Below, one piece after another: positions 13,819 through 28,909 of a DNA stretch of 64,000 nt. The first letter of the stretch is position 1; each line of letters starts with the position of its first letter. Origin of the DNA: Flaccisagitta enflata (Eukaryota). Both the position numbers and the translations under genes were made by a program. The notes beneath the pieces are model-generated. The model was given only the letters and a program-made list of their open reading frames with translations, was not told where the DNA came from and ran no database searches. The stretch spans positions 27,156,001-27,220,000 of the forward strand of contig OZ231126.1 of assembly GCA_965153355.1 (NCBI GenBank), read 5' to 3'.

Positions 13819-15181
13819 TATAAAGCAATACCATGTAAAGTAAGAACATATTAAGTAAGACCATATAAAGTAAGACCATATAAACCAAGACCGGATGCAT
13901 CTTTGGCCTATTGGGCCTATTGGGCCTATTGGGTTTTTTAAGATCCTTGTTTATAAGAATATTAAGGCTTTAAAATGTCCTAAAATTAAAAATGTTGCAG
14001 TTATTTTATTAGTAGCTATCTCTTTTGAAGGCTTTGTAGAAAAAAATGACGTTCTTATAAAAAATAAAAAAAAGAGTGTAAAACAAAAAAACATCACTCT
14101 TCAATCCCAACGTTTAAGAAACCATTGAGTACTCACCTCGCAATCCCAACATTTGAGAGAAACCGTTAAATGCAGAAAGCAAAGAAAAAAGAACAAAAAC
14201 ATGTTGGCGCGCTTCATTTTCTCTTTAAGACGAATCTATGAACGGTACAGAGCAGTGACAACCTAGTAACCAAATCTAAAAGGGTTAGTCTTTGGAGTGT
14301 TATTCTAATTGATCGGTGGTAGAAATCAACTTACTGTCTTCATGTCAATCTCTTCCTCCGTCGGTCCGTTAAGGTAGAATGGGAAATAAGGAGCCAGGGA
14401 CGTGACAACAAGGCCGGATACACGGCTACCGAAGTCGCGTGCGGGTGGGCAGGGGCCATATTTTAGGTCACTAGACCATTTGGGCAGGAGCAGTGAGGTC
14501 AAAAAAATAAAATCATAAAAAAAGTATAATGTGACTGACCGACCGACCAACGGACAAAGCGAGTTGTAGAGTCGCGTGCCCGCGACTTAAAATTTGTTTC
14601 AGCAGTTTTTAATTCTAGTGTGTACTCGAAAACTCATACGAGCACACCCAAATAACGACGACAACGACGATGATGACGACAACGACAATGACGATGACGA
14701 CGATTATGGTGATGATGATGATTATGATGTTGATGAGGATGATTACGATGAGGATGCACTTTTATACCGAAATTATGATGAATTTCGCGATATTGATGAA
14801 TGCGTAACCGACCAACCGACAGATGGACGGACACGGCCAATTATAGAAATGCGAGGACGCATCAAAAAAGGGATTGACAGACTGAGCACGCACACACGAC
14901 TAAAAATCAAGAGGGAAATGAAGTCACGATATTTCTTGGTTTTGTATTTTTAGTTGCGGACATGCAACTCTATGAGAGGCTTTGTCCGTCTGTTGGTCCG
15001 TCTGTCCGTCCGTTGGTCTGTTGGTCTGTCTGTGAGCATGAGTTGAAAAGTGGGAAAAGTAGCGTTCTGCATGCATTTTGTGTGTGGTGGCCGGTGGGGG
15101 GCATGGGGTGTAGATGTGGGTTGCAAGCAGGGCTAAGGATGCGCGGAATTTTCAAAAGCGTTCGCGTTCGCGTTTTCCAGC

Positions 15182-15749
15182 TGTAGTACGGGGACCTCTG
15201 CCTCTAGCTAGCTCACTGCCACGGGTCCTTCTGCTCTTTGGCTTTGGCGGTCACTGCCTTGCCTCCTCGGCTTCTCCTTCCACCTGATTGGTTGTTGCTC
15301 TCTCTCACCTCTGCTACCTGCCTCATCTTCCCCTTTTTGCTCTGCTCTTCCTTCCTGACTTTTGCATCTCTGGTCTGGCATCTGGCAGAGGCTTCCCCAC
15401 CCATTTTATAGGACACACCTCTCACTTCTTCTGCTCATTTATTGGGACCTGTGGCCCAGTGGTCATGTCCTTTGAGCATTTAGGGCATCCCTTGAGTCTT
15501 TCCCCCTCCCCTTTAGCAGTCATGACAGCGAGCTGCCTTTGCTCTGCTTAAGTCAGCTCATTTCATGAGGATTCTAGGTCTTGTTATATTTCCCTTTTGC
15601 CTAGGTTGAGGTTTGGTAGGACACTTATACCCGCGGGCCCTTCTCAGGTCTTCCTTCTTTAGGCAGGGCAGGGTCTTACTGGCAGGCGACTTTCTCTTTT
15701 GGTTCCCTTTTGGGCATTCTCCACTGACCCCCTCTTTCCCCGTATTATA
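15182..15749 (+). repeat. 5' LTR
   Basis: Near-identical to 22287-22854; I noticed one A/G difference (GGCAGAGG vs GGCGGAGG). Confidence 0.95.
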
Positions 15750-15750
15750 T

Positions 15751-15768
15751 TGGTGCATCGGCCGGGAA
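15751..15768 (+). other. Primer binding site complementary to the tRNA-Gly(GCC) 3' end
   Basis: TGGTGCATCGGCCGGGAA is the reverse complement of TTCCCGGCCGATGCACCA and lies 1 nt after the 5' LTR. Confidence 0.9.
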
Positions 15769-18700
15769 GAAATCAGCTTCCCCCCTTTGTTACCCTAAGC
15801 TTTTACCCCATCCGCCTGCCAAACCTCTCTAGGAAAGTGCCACATTTGCTGTTTAGGTCGGGTTTAGCTCTGAGGAGCCATTTTATTACTGGATCCTCTT
15901 TCTTTCTTTTTTTCTTTCTCTCTGGGCTCAATGCTAGCCCGGCACCTGTTTTGAGGAAAACACCCTCCCTAGGCGGCTGATCCGTTAAGTCGGAAGCAGA
16001 AAGGTAATCCCACCCATGCACTAGGGTAAGGACCGAGTAAGCATAGGCCTGTAGACGTAAGCCGGAAACTGGAGCCTAGAGCAGCCGGCCATGCACTAGG
16101 CCAGGCGTTAGGCCGACCCGGTAATAGATTCCCCTTGGACTGTGAGTAGGACTTACAGCTGTCTGAGCTCCTACCTCATACCCCCCTCCATGAGCTTTGC
16201 ATAGGCTCGGGCCCTATGGAGGAAGCGGTGCTCCTCTTGGACTTGTCTTGTTGGGCTACGTTACGAGCCCACCTCATTGCTCACTCCCGACTTAAGCTGT
16301 GGCGTAAGTCAAAGGATGTTTTGTTTATTTCTATGTTTTTGTTTACCCCGCTCTTGGAGGCCTCTTCTCTCTCGGTTAAACTTGTCTACACTGTCTCTGT
16401 CCATGTTTGTTTTATTTTTTTTTTGGCGTTCCTGATCTGGCGTCCTTTTGTCTTATTCTTGGCTTGTTGTGGGTTGCATTGGGCGGTTCACTTGTGCGCT
16501 GCATTTTTTTCTTCCTTCTTTTTTTTCTTTTCTTTTTTTTTTGGTTGTCTTATTTTGCTGTTCTTTTTATTTTTGTTGTATATTTTTTTTTTTTTATGTT
16601 TTGTTTTTTTGGCGTTCTTTTTGCTGATTTTTTTTGAATTCTTTTTGTTTGTTCCGTTTTTTTTTTTACGGGTCCCGGCTGGTTATATTTTTTTTGTGTT
16701 TTTGTGTGTTTTGTGTTTGTTTTATTTTTTTTTTTTGTTGGTTTTTTTTTCCGCCTTTCGTGCTTTGTTTTTTGACTTGTGGTTGTTTTTTGTTTTCGTG
16801 GACGCTATTGTTGGTTTGATGGTCCGGCCGGGGTGTTTTTTGGGATTTTTTTTGTTTTGTTTTTTCATGTTGTTGCCGTTTTTTTGGCAAATTTGGGGGC
16901 TTTTGGTTGTGTTGGTGTTTTGGTGGTTTTTTTTGTATTTTGGGCGTTTTTTGGTGTTCCGTGGTTTTTATTTATTTTTTTCGGTTTTTGATTTTTTTTT
17001 GGTGTTTTGTTTTCCATATGGGTGGGTGTTTTTTTTTTTTTTTTTTTTTTTTTTGTAAATGTGGGTGGTTTTTATCTGTTTACGTCAAGCTTGGCGACTG
17101 TTGCTCATGTTTGTTTCTTTTTTTTTGTTATTTATTATGACAGGGTAACATGTTAGATTGCACTTGCGGTTCACGGGTTTGGCGGCGGCCACTGGTTCTG
17201 TTTTACCGCTGGATGGGTTATCTTTCATCAATGCGGAACCCCTTCACTATCAAGTATAAACTGCGACGTCAGCTTGTTGCACCGTTAAAAACGATTTCAA
17301 CAATCACGAGTCCGGCCCAGATTGTGTCGGTCCTGCTTCAGCTAAGAAGGAATAGAAAAAGAAAAAAAAAGAAAAAATCCCCAGGTACTCGGACTCTCGA
17401 CTGCGCGACCTGGACAGAACAAAAACTGTTTCTTTTCCGACGATACTATAAATAAAAAAAAAAAAAGAATATTAAAAAAGTACGGCGTGTTTCACACTGT
17501 AATAAAAGGAAATATACAAATGTACGCCGATTTGTTCGCGCATTTTTTTCCCCCTTTTTGTACTGCACAGAAGAGTAAGAGATTTTCTTTGCCTTTACGT
17601 CGACTTGTCAGTCCCTGGGATTCATGAATCTCTAATCCTGTTTGTCTGTCTATTCACGGGTGTTCATCAATTCACAGCGACTGGATGGTTTGATGACACA
17701 TCCAGTCATTTGACAATGAACGCTGCCTGTCTGTCTTTCGCTCTGCCTCTCTTTTCTCGTGCGTTCTTTCTGTCTGTTTCTCAGTCCCCCTTCCCCCCCC
17801 CCCCCGCCATCTCAGCTGTCCCTTCGTTTTGCCCTTCTTTCGGCCCGTTGTCCCGTTTGCTGTCGCATGTCTGTCCTCGTGTTATGGCATGAGTTATACT
17901 TTCGGCCCTTGTCGTCTTTGTCCGTCATTTTCGCCGTCGATGCTCAAGTTCAACCTTGGTTGAACACCTTTCCCGTACTCTCTTTTTCTCTTTCTTCTCT
18001 CTCTTTTCCCTCTTCCCTTCCTTTGCTCTCTTTTCTCTACTTTTTCTTTTCTCTTTTCTTTCTTTCTTTCTTTCTTTTCTCTCATTTCTCCCTTCTCTAT
18101 TTCTCCCTTCTCTATTTCTCTTCTCTATTTTCTCGCTATTTCTCCCCTCTGTTTTCTGTTTTGTGCACCTTAGCGGCTCTGCCGGGGGTGGCGCTCGGGT
18201 TTGCCTGTATTGATCTGTCTGTCTGTCTTGTCGATCAATTCCTCCCGCATTTGGCCCATTTCATCCGGGGTCTGGACATGGCTTTTACCGACGGCGGCCA
18301 TTATACGGGCACGTGTGCACCATGCCCGATGATTATCAACGGTGCAGGAATGGCCGAAAGGTTGAGGCGTGGGGCTCGATATTGGACCTCTGCACTCTTT
18401 CAGATGAAGAGTGGGCTCCAATCCCAAGTAGCACACCAAACGCTAGGCCAAGGTTTGGAGTTTTGTGTGTTACATGAGGGGAATCCTGTGCGCTAGGACA
18501 TCTGAGCGAAGGTTCGGAGTTCCAGCTCAGGAAACAGTTGCCCACTCAGGTTGACGGTACGTTTTGGTGACACTTAAGCCCCCAGCCATCACCGGCCCGG
18601 GACACGGAGTCTTGCCCGCCATTAACGGGCGTGGATTGGGTGAACATGGAGGGGTGCGCCCTCGACATTGTCGGATTCGGGAGGCCTGGGCGCATTTGCT

Positions 18701-21700
18701 TTGGCTTGCATGCTTGCGGGTTTGGGATCTGTTCGACTGTTGGTTTGCCCTTATTCTGTTTTGTCTGTCTTGCGTTGTCGTTCCTCCTTTTCTTTTCCCC
18801 CTTTCTTTTTTTTCCCTGTTTTTCCCCTTTGCCTTTTTTTTTCCCGTTTGCGTTCCTTGTATCTTTATCCATCGGCGGCCATCTGTTCCATTTTTTTTGT
18901 AAGGCCGTTTGTCTCCTCTTTTATCTGTCTGTCTGTAACGTTCTGGTGACTGTCTGGACAAGATTGGTCCCTTTGACCGTCTCTTCCGACTTTTTCTGTC
19001 TGTGCTTATTTCCCCCCCCCCCCCGTGATTCATCGGACGAATGACCAGCGCGTGGTGTATCCACTGGACTAACCCCACGCATTTGTCGACTCGTTTCAGT
19101 CTTGTCAGTTTTGTCTGTTTTTTTTCTATTTGTCCCATTTGTTTTTTGTCTGTTTTTTTTTCTCTTGTACTCTCGACTCGCTTATCTCGATTCAGCGGCT
19201 TCGGTCGGAATCGTTCGTCGAACGGAGTCAGAGGGAAAAAAATTGGTGGTAAAAATTGGAAGAAATGCGTTATTTCTTCCCCGTCGTGTGCTAAGTGTTG
19301 CAAGGGAGTCATCGTCGACTAATATTTTAAAATTACGCACCAATTTTCGCGCATATCTCCAGCTTCTTCGGCCACGTTGCATTGGTCAACCGAAGAAAAT
19401 AGGGAAAATAGTTGTCTACACTATTTCGCGTTCATGGGTCACGTCCGCTCTAATTTGTCTGTCCCCTCTTGGGTTGGTGTCTGTTTGTTTATGTGATTGT
19501 CTTTCTTTCTGCCTATTTCACTTTGGCGGTTTGTCTCTCTCTTCTCTTCGTCTTCTGTCTGGTTTTTCTTGTCTCCTGGGTTTGATCGGTCCGTCCATCT
19601 GTTTGGGGATGTTCATTACAGCCCAGCGGCTGGATGATTTGGTTGAAATACATGCAGTCGGGCGATAATGAACAGTCGGCTTGTCCCTCTCCTTCATATT
19701 TGGCTGTCCTGTCTGTCGTTTGTTTGTCTTGATTTTCTCACTTTTTTTTAGCTTCCGGCGTCCCAAACGGGCAAACGCCGGATCTGTTTTGAGTTCGTGT
19801 ATGGCTGTTTTATGCGTTCGTTTCTTTCTATATTGGTGGTGGCTGTTTGTCATATGAGTTAGTCTGCATGTCATATGAGTTTGTCTGATCGTCGGCCGCG
19901 TTGTTTTTTTTTTTTGCTTTATTTTGTATTATTATTTTATATTATTATTGTTTATTGTATTGTTGTTACTGATATTATTATTTTTTTTTTTTTGCAGTGT
20001 TTTCATTGGTGTTATTGTTTTGTTGTTATTATTGTTATTGTGATTATTGTTGCTATCGTTGTTTTTGTTGCTATTGTTGTTTTTATTGTTATGATATTGT
20101 TATTTGTATGTTGTTGTTTGGTGTATTGGTTCTGTTCTCATTGGGGTGGTGTCTAATACATCGCCGCGATGTCTTGTTGGTCCGTCTTTTAGCCTCTGTC
20201 CCTTCTGTATTTATTTTGTCCGTCTGTTTTGTTCGTCTGTTTTGTTTACCTATCTCCGGTGGCGTAAGTCAGGAGATATTTGTCAGTCTGTCAGCAATGT
20301 TATTGCCGGTGCTGCTATGTAAAGTTGGTCTGTTTGTCTTTTATTTTGGTGTTGTGTGTTATGTCTGTCATACACTGATTTTAACCTTGTTGGCAAAGTT
20401 TACACTCTACACAGATGTTCCCATCATTTTACGTCGAATACGCGATTCACGACGCAGGCCTCGACCGAGACGCGCGCCTCTACTTTGGGACTCAATTTCA
20501 AACTCGACTACGCCGCCGCCGCCGCTTGCGTTTGTATTCTTTGTTTCTTTTTCTCTTTCTTCCTCTTTCTCTCTTTCCTTCTTTCTATACTTCTCTTTCT
20601 TTTCTTTTTCTTTCTTTTCTTCTCCTACTTTCTCCCCCTCTTTCTCTTTTGTTTTCTTCTTTTCTTCCTGCTTTTCTGTTGTCTGCTATTGTTGTACGGC
20701 TTGCTCTTGTTTCTTCTGTTTACTGTTTGTTGTTCTTTCTTCCCTTCCCTTCTCTTTCTTTTCATTTCTTTTTCTCTCCCTCCCTTTTTCCTCTTTTGTT
20801 TGTTTCTCTTTTCTTCCCTCTTGTTTCTTCCGCATTCTATCCTCTGCTCTTTTCTCTCATTTCTCTTTTCTTTTCTTTTCTTCTCCTTTTGTTCTTTTTT
20901 TTTCTTGATTTCTTTTCTTTCCTTTCTTTGCTTCTTTTCTCTTTTCTTTGCTCTGCTTTGATTTGTTTTTTTTCTCTCTTCTGTTTTTTTTCTCTTCCCC
21001 TTTTTTTTTTTGTTTTTTTTTTATTTTTTTTTGTTTTTTTTTTTTTTTTTTTTGTCTTGTACTTTTTTTTTGTCTTGTGTTTTTTTTGTTTGTTTTTTTA
21101 CCTTTGCTTTCTTTTTTTTTGTTTTGCCGGTTGTTGATACATACGAGTATGTACATGAAAGTTATTTTAATTTTAGTCCAGCGTTGGGTTGGCTCCGTCT
21201 ATGCCCTTGCATTGACTACTTTTCTGCTCGTTATCGTTTTTCTGCTTTTTTCCAGGCGTCGTCATCCATCTACGTTGGGAGTGCTAACATGGACACGCGT
21301 TACGCGGTACCTTGACCTCACACATGTGCGGGGCATGGCGGCGACTTTGGCGGCATCATGGACCGTATCATGGGGGTTCGCTTTTTACGGCCAACCTCTA
21401 CATGGCAAATTGCGTGGTTTAATTCGTTGGACATCTGTGCACCTCTTTTCTACCGTTTCTGATTGCGCTGTTTAAATGGGTTATGCGTGTTGTTTTTTTT
21501 TATGCTGCTTGTGTGACTACACGCTTATCACATTCTTTATTTTGTGTTCGTGATTTAGCTTTTTCATATTTTCCGTCTGTCGTCGATGATCACGTCGCTT
21601 TTGTACATTGACGGGTTGGTTGAATAGCTTGATGGTTTTATTTTTCATGTCATGCTGCCGCCATCATTCGCTTTCATTTTTCCCCGCATTCGTCCACGTT

Positions 21701-22271
21701 TAGGCCCTTGTTTGGGTCAATTTTTGCCCCCCCCCCCCGTTTTTAGTTTGAGTTTTCACTGGCGCTAGTGCAAGTGTTGTTTCAGATTCGTTGCCCTTGC
21801 GTCATCTTGTAGTATCTATTTCTCCCTCCCTGTATTCTTCTCAATTTTTACGTTTTTTTTATTTTATTTGGACTAATATATCCTTACCGTGGGTTTTACT
21901 GTCCTGTTAGTGGAGTAGTTATTGCGTTTTTTTTTATGCCTATTCCCATGTGGTGCACGCACCGTGGGACTTTGCTTTTATTAGATACGTGGTATGTTTA
22001 AATTTAGTGTGTATTTGACCGTTTGAGCTGACGATACACGCTGACAAAACTGACGACTATAGTCCAGCCTGTATTTGCCTGGCCTAGTGCTAAACCACAC
22101 GGGCAAGGACTCATAGCGAACACTGCTTACATATGTACTATCAGCTTAGGGTTTGGATCTCAGTCAGTTTGGTGCGTTTGCTCTGCACATCTCGCCATAT
22201 CACTGAGGGGTTCGGGTTTAGGTTTAGGCTTGGATTTTTGGAGGTTTAGACGCCGAGGACGTCGTCTTCGT

Positions 22272-22282
22272 GAGAGGGGGAG
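22272..22282 (+). other. Polypurine tract
   Basis: GAGAGGGGGAG, 4 nt upstream of the 3' LTR. Confidence 0.85.
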
Positions 22283-22286
22283 TAAC

Positions 22287-22854
22287 TGTAGTACGGGGAC
22301 CTCTGCCTCTAGCTAGCTCACTGCCACGGGTCCTTCTGCTCTTTGGCTTTGGCGGTCACTGCCTTGCCTCCTCGGCTTCTCCTTCCACCTGATTGGTTGT
22401 TGCTCTCTCTCACCTCTGCTACCTGCCTCATCTTCCCCTTTTTGCTCTGCTCTTCCTTCCTGACTTTTGCATCTCTGGTCTGGCATCTGGCGGAGGCTTC
22501 CCCACCCATTTTATAGGACACACCTCTCACTTCTTCTGCTCATTTATTGGGACCTGTGGCCCAGTGGTCATGTCCTTTGAGCATTTAGGGCATCCCTTGA
22601 GTCTTTCCCCCTCCCCTTTAGCAGTCATGACAGCGAGCTGCCTTTGCTCTGCTTAAGTCAGCTCATTTCATGAGGATTCTAGGTCTTGTTATATTTCCCT
22701 TTTGCCTAGGTTGAGGTTTGGTAGGACACTTATACCCGCGGGCCCTTCTCAGGTCTTCCTTCTTTAGGCAGGGCAGGGTCTTACTGGCAGGCGACTTTCT
22801 CTTTTGGTTCCCTTTTGGGCATTCTCCACTGACCCCCTCTTTCCCCGTATTATA
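22287..22854 (+). repeat. 3' LTR
   Basis: Direct repeat of 15182-15749. Confidence 0.95.
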
Positions 22855-23085
22855 CCAGCAGCTCGCGCATCGCGTTACGCATCGCATCCAACGTTTTTGG
22901 TTGCTAACGCGTTTGCGTTACGCGTTTTCAACGCTTCCTACAGTTTTTATTTTTAGAAAGAAAAAAAGAGAGAAAGAAAGAGAGAAAGAAAGAAAGAAAG
23001 AAAGAAAGGAAGATGGGAAGAAAGGAAGAAAGGAAGAAAGGAAGAAAGAAATAAGAAGGAGAAAAGAAGGAGAAAAGAAGAACAA

Positions 23086-23165
<80 letters not shown>

Positions 23166-23590
23166 ATAAAAGAGAGGAAAAGAGAATGATAGAGAGAAAG
23201 AAAGATAGAAGGACGAAAGAAAAAGAAGGAAAGAGAGGAAATAAAAATGCAATGATAGAAAGAAAGAAAGATAGAAAAAAAAAGAGAAAAAAAGAAAAAA
23301 AAAAAGAGAAAGAAAGAAATGAAGAAAGGAACAGGCCAGATACACGGCCAATACCAGTTGCGGACGGGTGGGCAGGGGCGGAAATGCGCGTTTTCGCACT
23401 TTCTTCACTCAATGACAGCTAAGGACCGATGGACGGAAAAAGCCTCTTACAGAGTCGCTAGTCCGCGACTAAAAACAAGGCCAAGTAGGCCAACGATGCG
23501 TCCTCTTTGAATGAACGTTTTTTTATGAATGAATGTTTTTTTATGAAGAATGTCATTTTTGAATGAATAAATGATTTATTGAATGAATTA

Positions 23591-25318
<1,728 letters not shown>

Positions 25319-26524
25319 TAGAAGTTGTATGCTTAGCATTGCTTACTGGGTCAGGACCATTTTTCTGTTGAAAAAATGCATGAATTTGATGTTTTTAGTG
25401 AATGCGTTACCGACCAACCGACCAACCGACCGACTAACGGACAGAGCCTATTATAGAGATGCGAGGACGCATCTATAAAAAAGAGGTAAAGAAAAAAGAT
25501 TTAAAGAAAGAGGAGTAGTAATAGAATTCATGAAAGAATTAAAAAAACAAGTGACGTTGGGTCACAATATCATTGGGAATGGGTGGGCAACCCCCATTCA
25601 CACCCAATGCCCCACCCAACTCCCTCCCAACAAAGAATGATACACAAGAGAAGCGGGGTCACAATATCGTTGCGGATGGGTGGGCAGGGGCGTCCAACCC
25701 GGACAACCCCCATCCACACCCCAATACCCCACATATACTCAAAAGCCAAAAGTATACAAAACGCTCATTTTCCCACTATTTAGTTGCGGACACGCAACTC
25801 TGTAAGAGGCTTTGTTGGTCTGTTGGGCCGTTGGGCCGTCGGAGGTCAAGTTGAAAAATGAGTGTTTTAGGTGCTTTTTTGTGTATGTTGGAATGTTGGG
25901 GTGGGTTTGTTTTTGGATGGGGGTTGGACAACCTTGCCCACCCATCCAATACGAAATTGTGACCCTGCGTCACTTGTCAACTTGTACTGATGGACTGATA
26001 GACCAATGGATGGACAGATGGATGGGCAGGAGTTGCATGTCAACTAAAAAGCTTCCAAAAATCTCATTTTCCCACTTTTTGACTCATGCTGACGGACCAA
26101 CAAATGGACGGACAAAGCCTCTTAATGAGTTGTGTGTCTGCAACTAAAACAAGTCAACAGTGCCGGGGTCGCAATATCATCGTAGCAAACAACCTTCCCT
26201 CCCCAAGCATACGCTTGCAAAGACACAAAGACACACACAAGCAAACACACACACACACACACATATATAACCGCACCATCTTATAAAACCAACGAACAAA
26301 GGGATGGATGGACTAGAAAAAGAAAAAAAGATTTCAGAGTTAAGAGAATAAAACATGTAGGAATGTCATTTTTTTCAATGTCTGCATGTTTTGAGTTTCA
26401 AGGTTAAGGACAAGGCAAACGCAAAAGCGCATGGATGCGAACACTTTGGTAAGGATGCGCGTTCACATCCACTCCCATATTTAATCAAATGCGTTAGCAT
26501 CCTTATCCGCGTTTAGCAAAATCT

Positions 26525-26790
26525 CGCGCATCTTGCAACTACGGACTTGCGCTACACGCAACTACTGACTTGGGTAACACGTAAATACCGATTTGCGCAA
26601 CACATAACTATGGACTTCCGCAACAAGCAATGACAGATTTGCGCAACACAGAATGACAGCCTTACGTAACACACAATTACGAACTTGCGCAACACATAAC
26701 CACGGAATTGCGCAACACATAACCACGGAATTGCGCAACACGTAACAACGGACTTGCGCAACACGCAACTACTGACTTCCACAACACATT
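26525..26790. repeat. 23-bp minisatellite (TTGCGCAACACATAACCACGGAA-like)
   Basis: About 11 degenerate tandem units. Confidence 0.85.
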
Positions 26791-27321
26791 TGGGTGCTTC
26801 ACATAGCAAAAGTTGCTTATTCCTTTTCATCCTCTTTACCTAATGTGGAGTGGGCAATTTTAAGACCCTTACCATTTTTCTTTTATCAAAAGTTATCCAT
26901 CTTCCGTTTTTTTGAAAATTGTTTTTGAGAGCCTAATTTGTATATTGCAGTGAGATAAAAAAGTATGCTGATCTCTCTGAATTAGCTTCTATAAACTTCT
27001 GCTCTTTAGAGAATTGTTAACCTGCATTTTCACAAGCTCTTACGTAACTTATGCTCTGATATTTTGATTTATTTTCACAAAAATCATGTTTTTTTTAAAA
27101 CTAACAATTGTTCCTTTTGTAACAAGACTACACAGGATTTTGTTGAATCCTGGGAAATCTGAGTAAACTTCAAGGCCAAAACAAAAACGGAAGAGGAAGG
27201 AATTTTGAGAAAAGGAAAACAGTCATCTTCATGATTTTTTTCACTCCATATTTGATTAGCGGGACGAGAAGAAAATCAAATTTTTTGCTATACGAAGCAC
27301 GCAAACAACACATATTGTTAC

Positions 27322-27915
27322 TAAAAAATCTCAGGATTATGTCAAAATTGTGGCATTTTACCGTTCATCCCATTCTTAACCAATTTTGACACCTGGAATC
27401 CAAATCTGCAGTCAAAAATGGTCTCAGGTCAATATTTCGATAGGCTACAGCTACATTTCTCAGGTCAAAATACTATATTAGGTCAAATTTTCCAAATTGG
27501 AAATTTGTCAATCTGATTGCAGATTCAAAATCCTTGCAAAAAACTGTGTGAAGAAAGTGCCTTTCTTTTTTCAAAATTTTGATTAGAACATTTAGACAGA
27601 AGAGCAATTTTACTCTATTTTGGATGTTTAACGCTAATTTTGACTATGTTCCAATCAAAATTTCAAAAAAAGAAAGATACTTTCTTTTGATAGTTTTTTC
27701 CAAGGATTTTGAATCTGCAATCAGATTGACAAATTTCCAATTTTGAAAATTTGACCTTATATAGTATTCTGACCTGAGAAATGTAGCTGTAGCCTATCGA
27801 AATATTGACCTGAGACCATTTCTGACTGCAGATTTGGATTCCTTGGGTCAAAATTGGTCTAGTACGGGATGGATGGTAAAATCCCACAATTTTGACATAA
27901 TTCTGAGATTTTTTA
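27322..27915. mobile_element. Foldback (MULE-like) MITE, 10-bp TSD ATATTGTTAC
   Basis: Long inverted arms starting TAAAAAATCTCAG; TSD at 27312-27321 and 27916-27925. Confidence 0.85.
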
Positions 27916-28228
27916 ATATTGTTACCAGTGATGACAGTTATCGCCAACCAGAAAAAAATCGTATCAGGATTTTTTTTCTCCTTTTTTTCATTTTTGTTTT
28001 TATTTGCGGACACGCAATAATATGAGGCTTTGTCCATCCGTTGGTCCGTGGGTCCATAGGTCCGTTGGTCCATCTACCGTGATGATCGAGTTGAAAAGTA
28101 CAAAAACATGTATATTTAATGCTGCAGTTGAACTTGTCTGTGTTCGGAGTGTCACTTGTTTTCTCATTTTTCTCTCTCATTATCCGCTGTGTCTGTGTGT
28201 GTGTGTGTGTGGGTGTGGATGTGTGTGT

Positions 28229-28843
28229 TAAAAAATCTCAGGATTATGTCAAAATGCAGGGATTTTACCGTCCATCCCGTACTAGACCAATTTTGACCCA
28301 AGGAATCCAAATTTGCAGTCAGAAATGGTCTCAGGCCAATATTTCGATAGGCTACGGCTACATTTCTCAGGTCAAAATACTATATAAGGTCAAATTTTCA
28401 AAATTGGAAATTTGTCAATCTGATTGCAGATTCAAAATCCTTGGAAAAAACTATAAAAAGAAAGTATCTTTCTTTTTTTGAAATTTTGGTTGGAACATAG
28501 TCAAAATTAGCGTTAAACATCCAAAATAGAGTAAAATTGCTCTTTTGTCTACATTCGGCCTAATTTTGATGGATAATGTTAATTTTGACTATGTTCTAAT
28601 CATAATTTTGAAAAAAGAAAGTTTTTTGCAAGGATTTTGAATCTGCAATCAGATTGACAAATTTCCAATTTTGAAAATTTGACCTTATATAGTATTTTGA
28701 CCTGAGAAATGTAGCTGTAGCCTATCGAAATATTGACCTGAGACCATTTTTGACTGCAGATTTGGATTCCTGGGGTCAAAATTGGTCTAGAATGGGATGG
28801 ACGGTAAAATCCCACAATTTTGACATAATCCTGAGATTTTTTA
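28229..28843. mobile_element. Foldback (MULE-like) MITE, 10-bp TSD ATGTGTGTGT
   Basis: Same family as 27322-27915; inserted in (TG)n. Confidence 0.85.
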
Positions 28844-28844
28844 A

Positions 28845-28909
<65 letters not shown>

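Larger units (their letters stand above)
15182..22854 (+). mobile_element. Non-autonomous LTR retroelement (LARD-like), 7.67 kb
   Basis: Direct 568-bp LTRs at 15182-15749 and 22287-22854, termini TGTAGTACGGG...CCCGTATTATA, TSD CCAGC at 15177-15181 and 22855-22859, PBS and PPT present. No gag/pol ORF is visible. Confidence 0.95.

Noticed and set aside
16216-21475. Long Phe/Leu-rich 'membrane protein' ORFs inside the LTR element
   Set aside because: A depletion removes stop codons. The ORFs overlap in all frames and have no recognisable domain.
22144-22235. TTAGG/TTTAGG telomere-like motifs
   Set aside because: Only two or three scattered copies within the LTR element interior.
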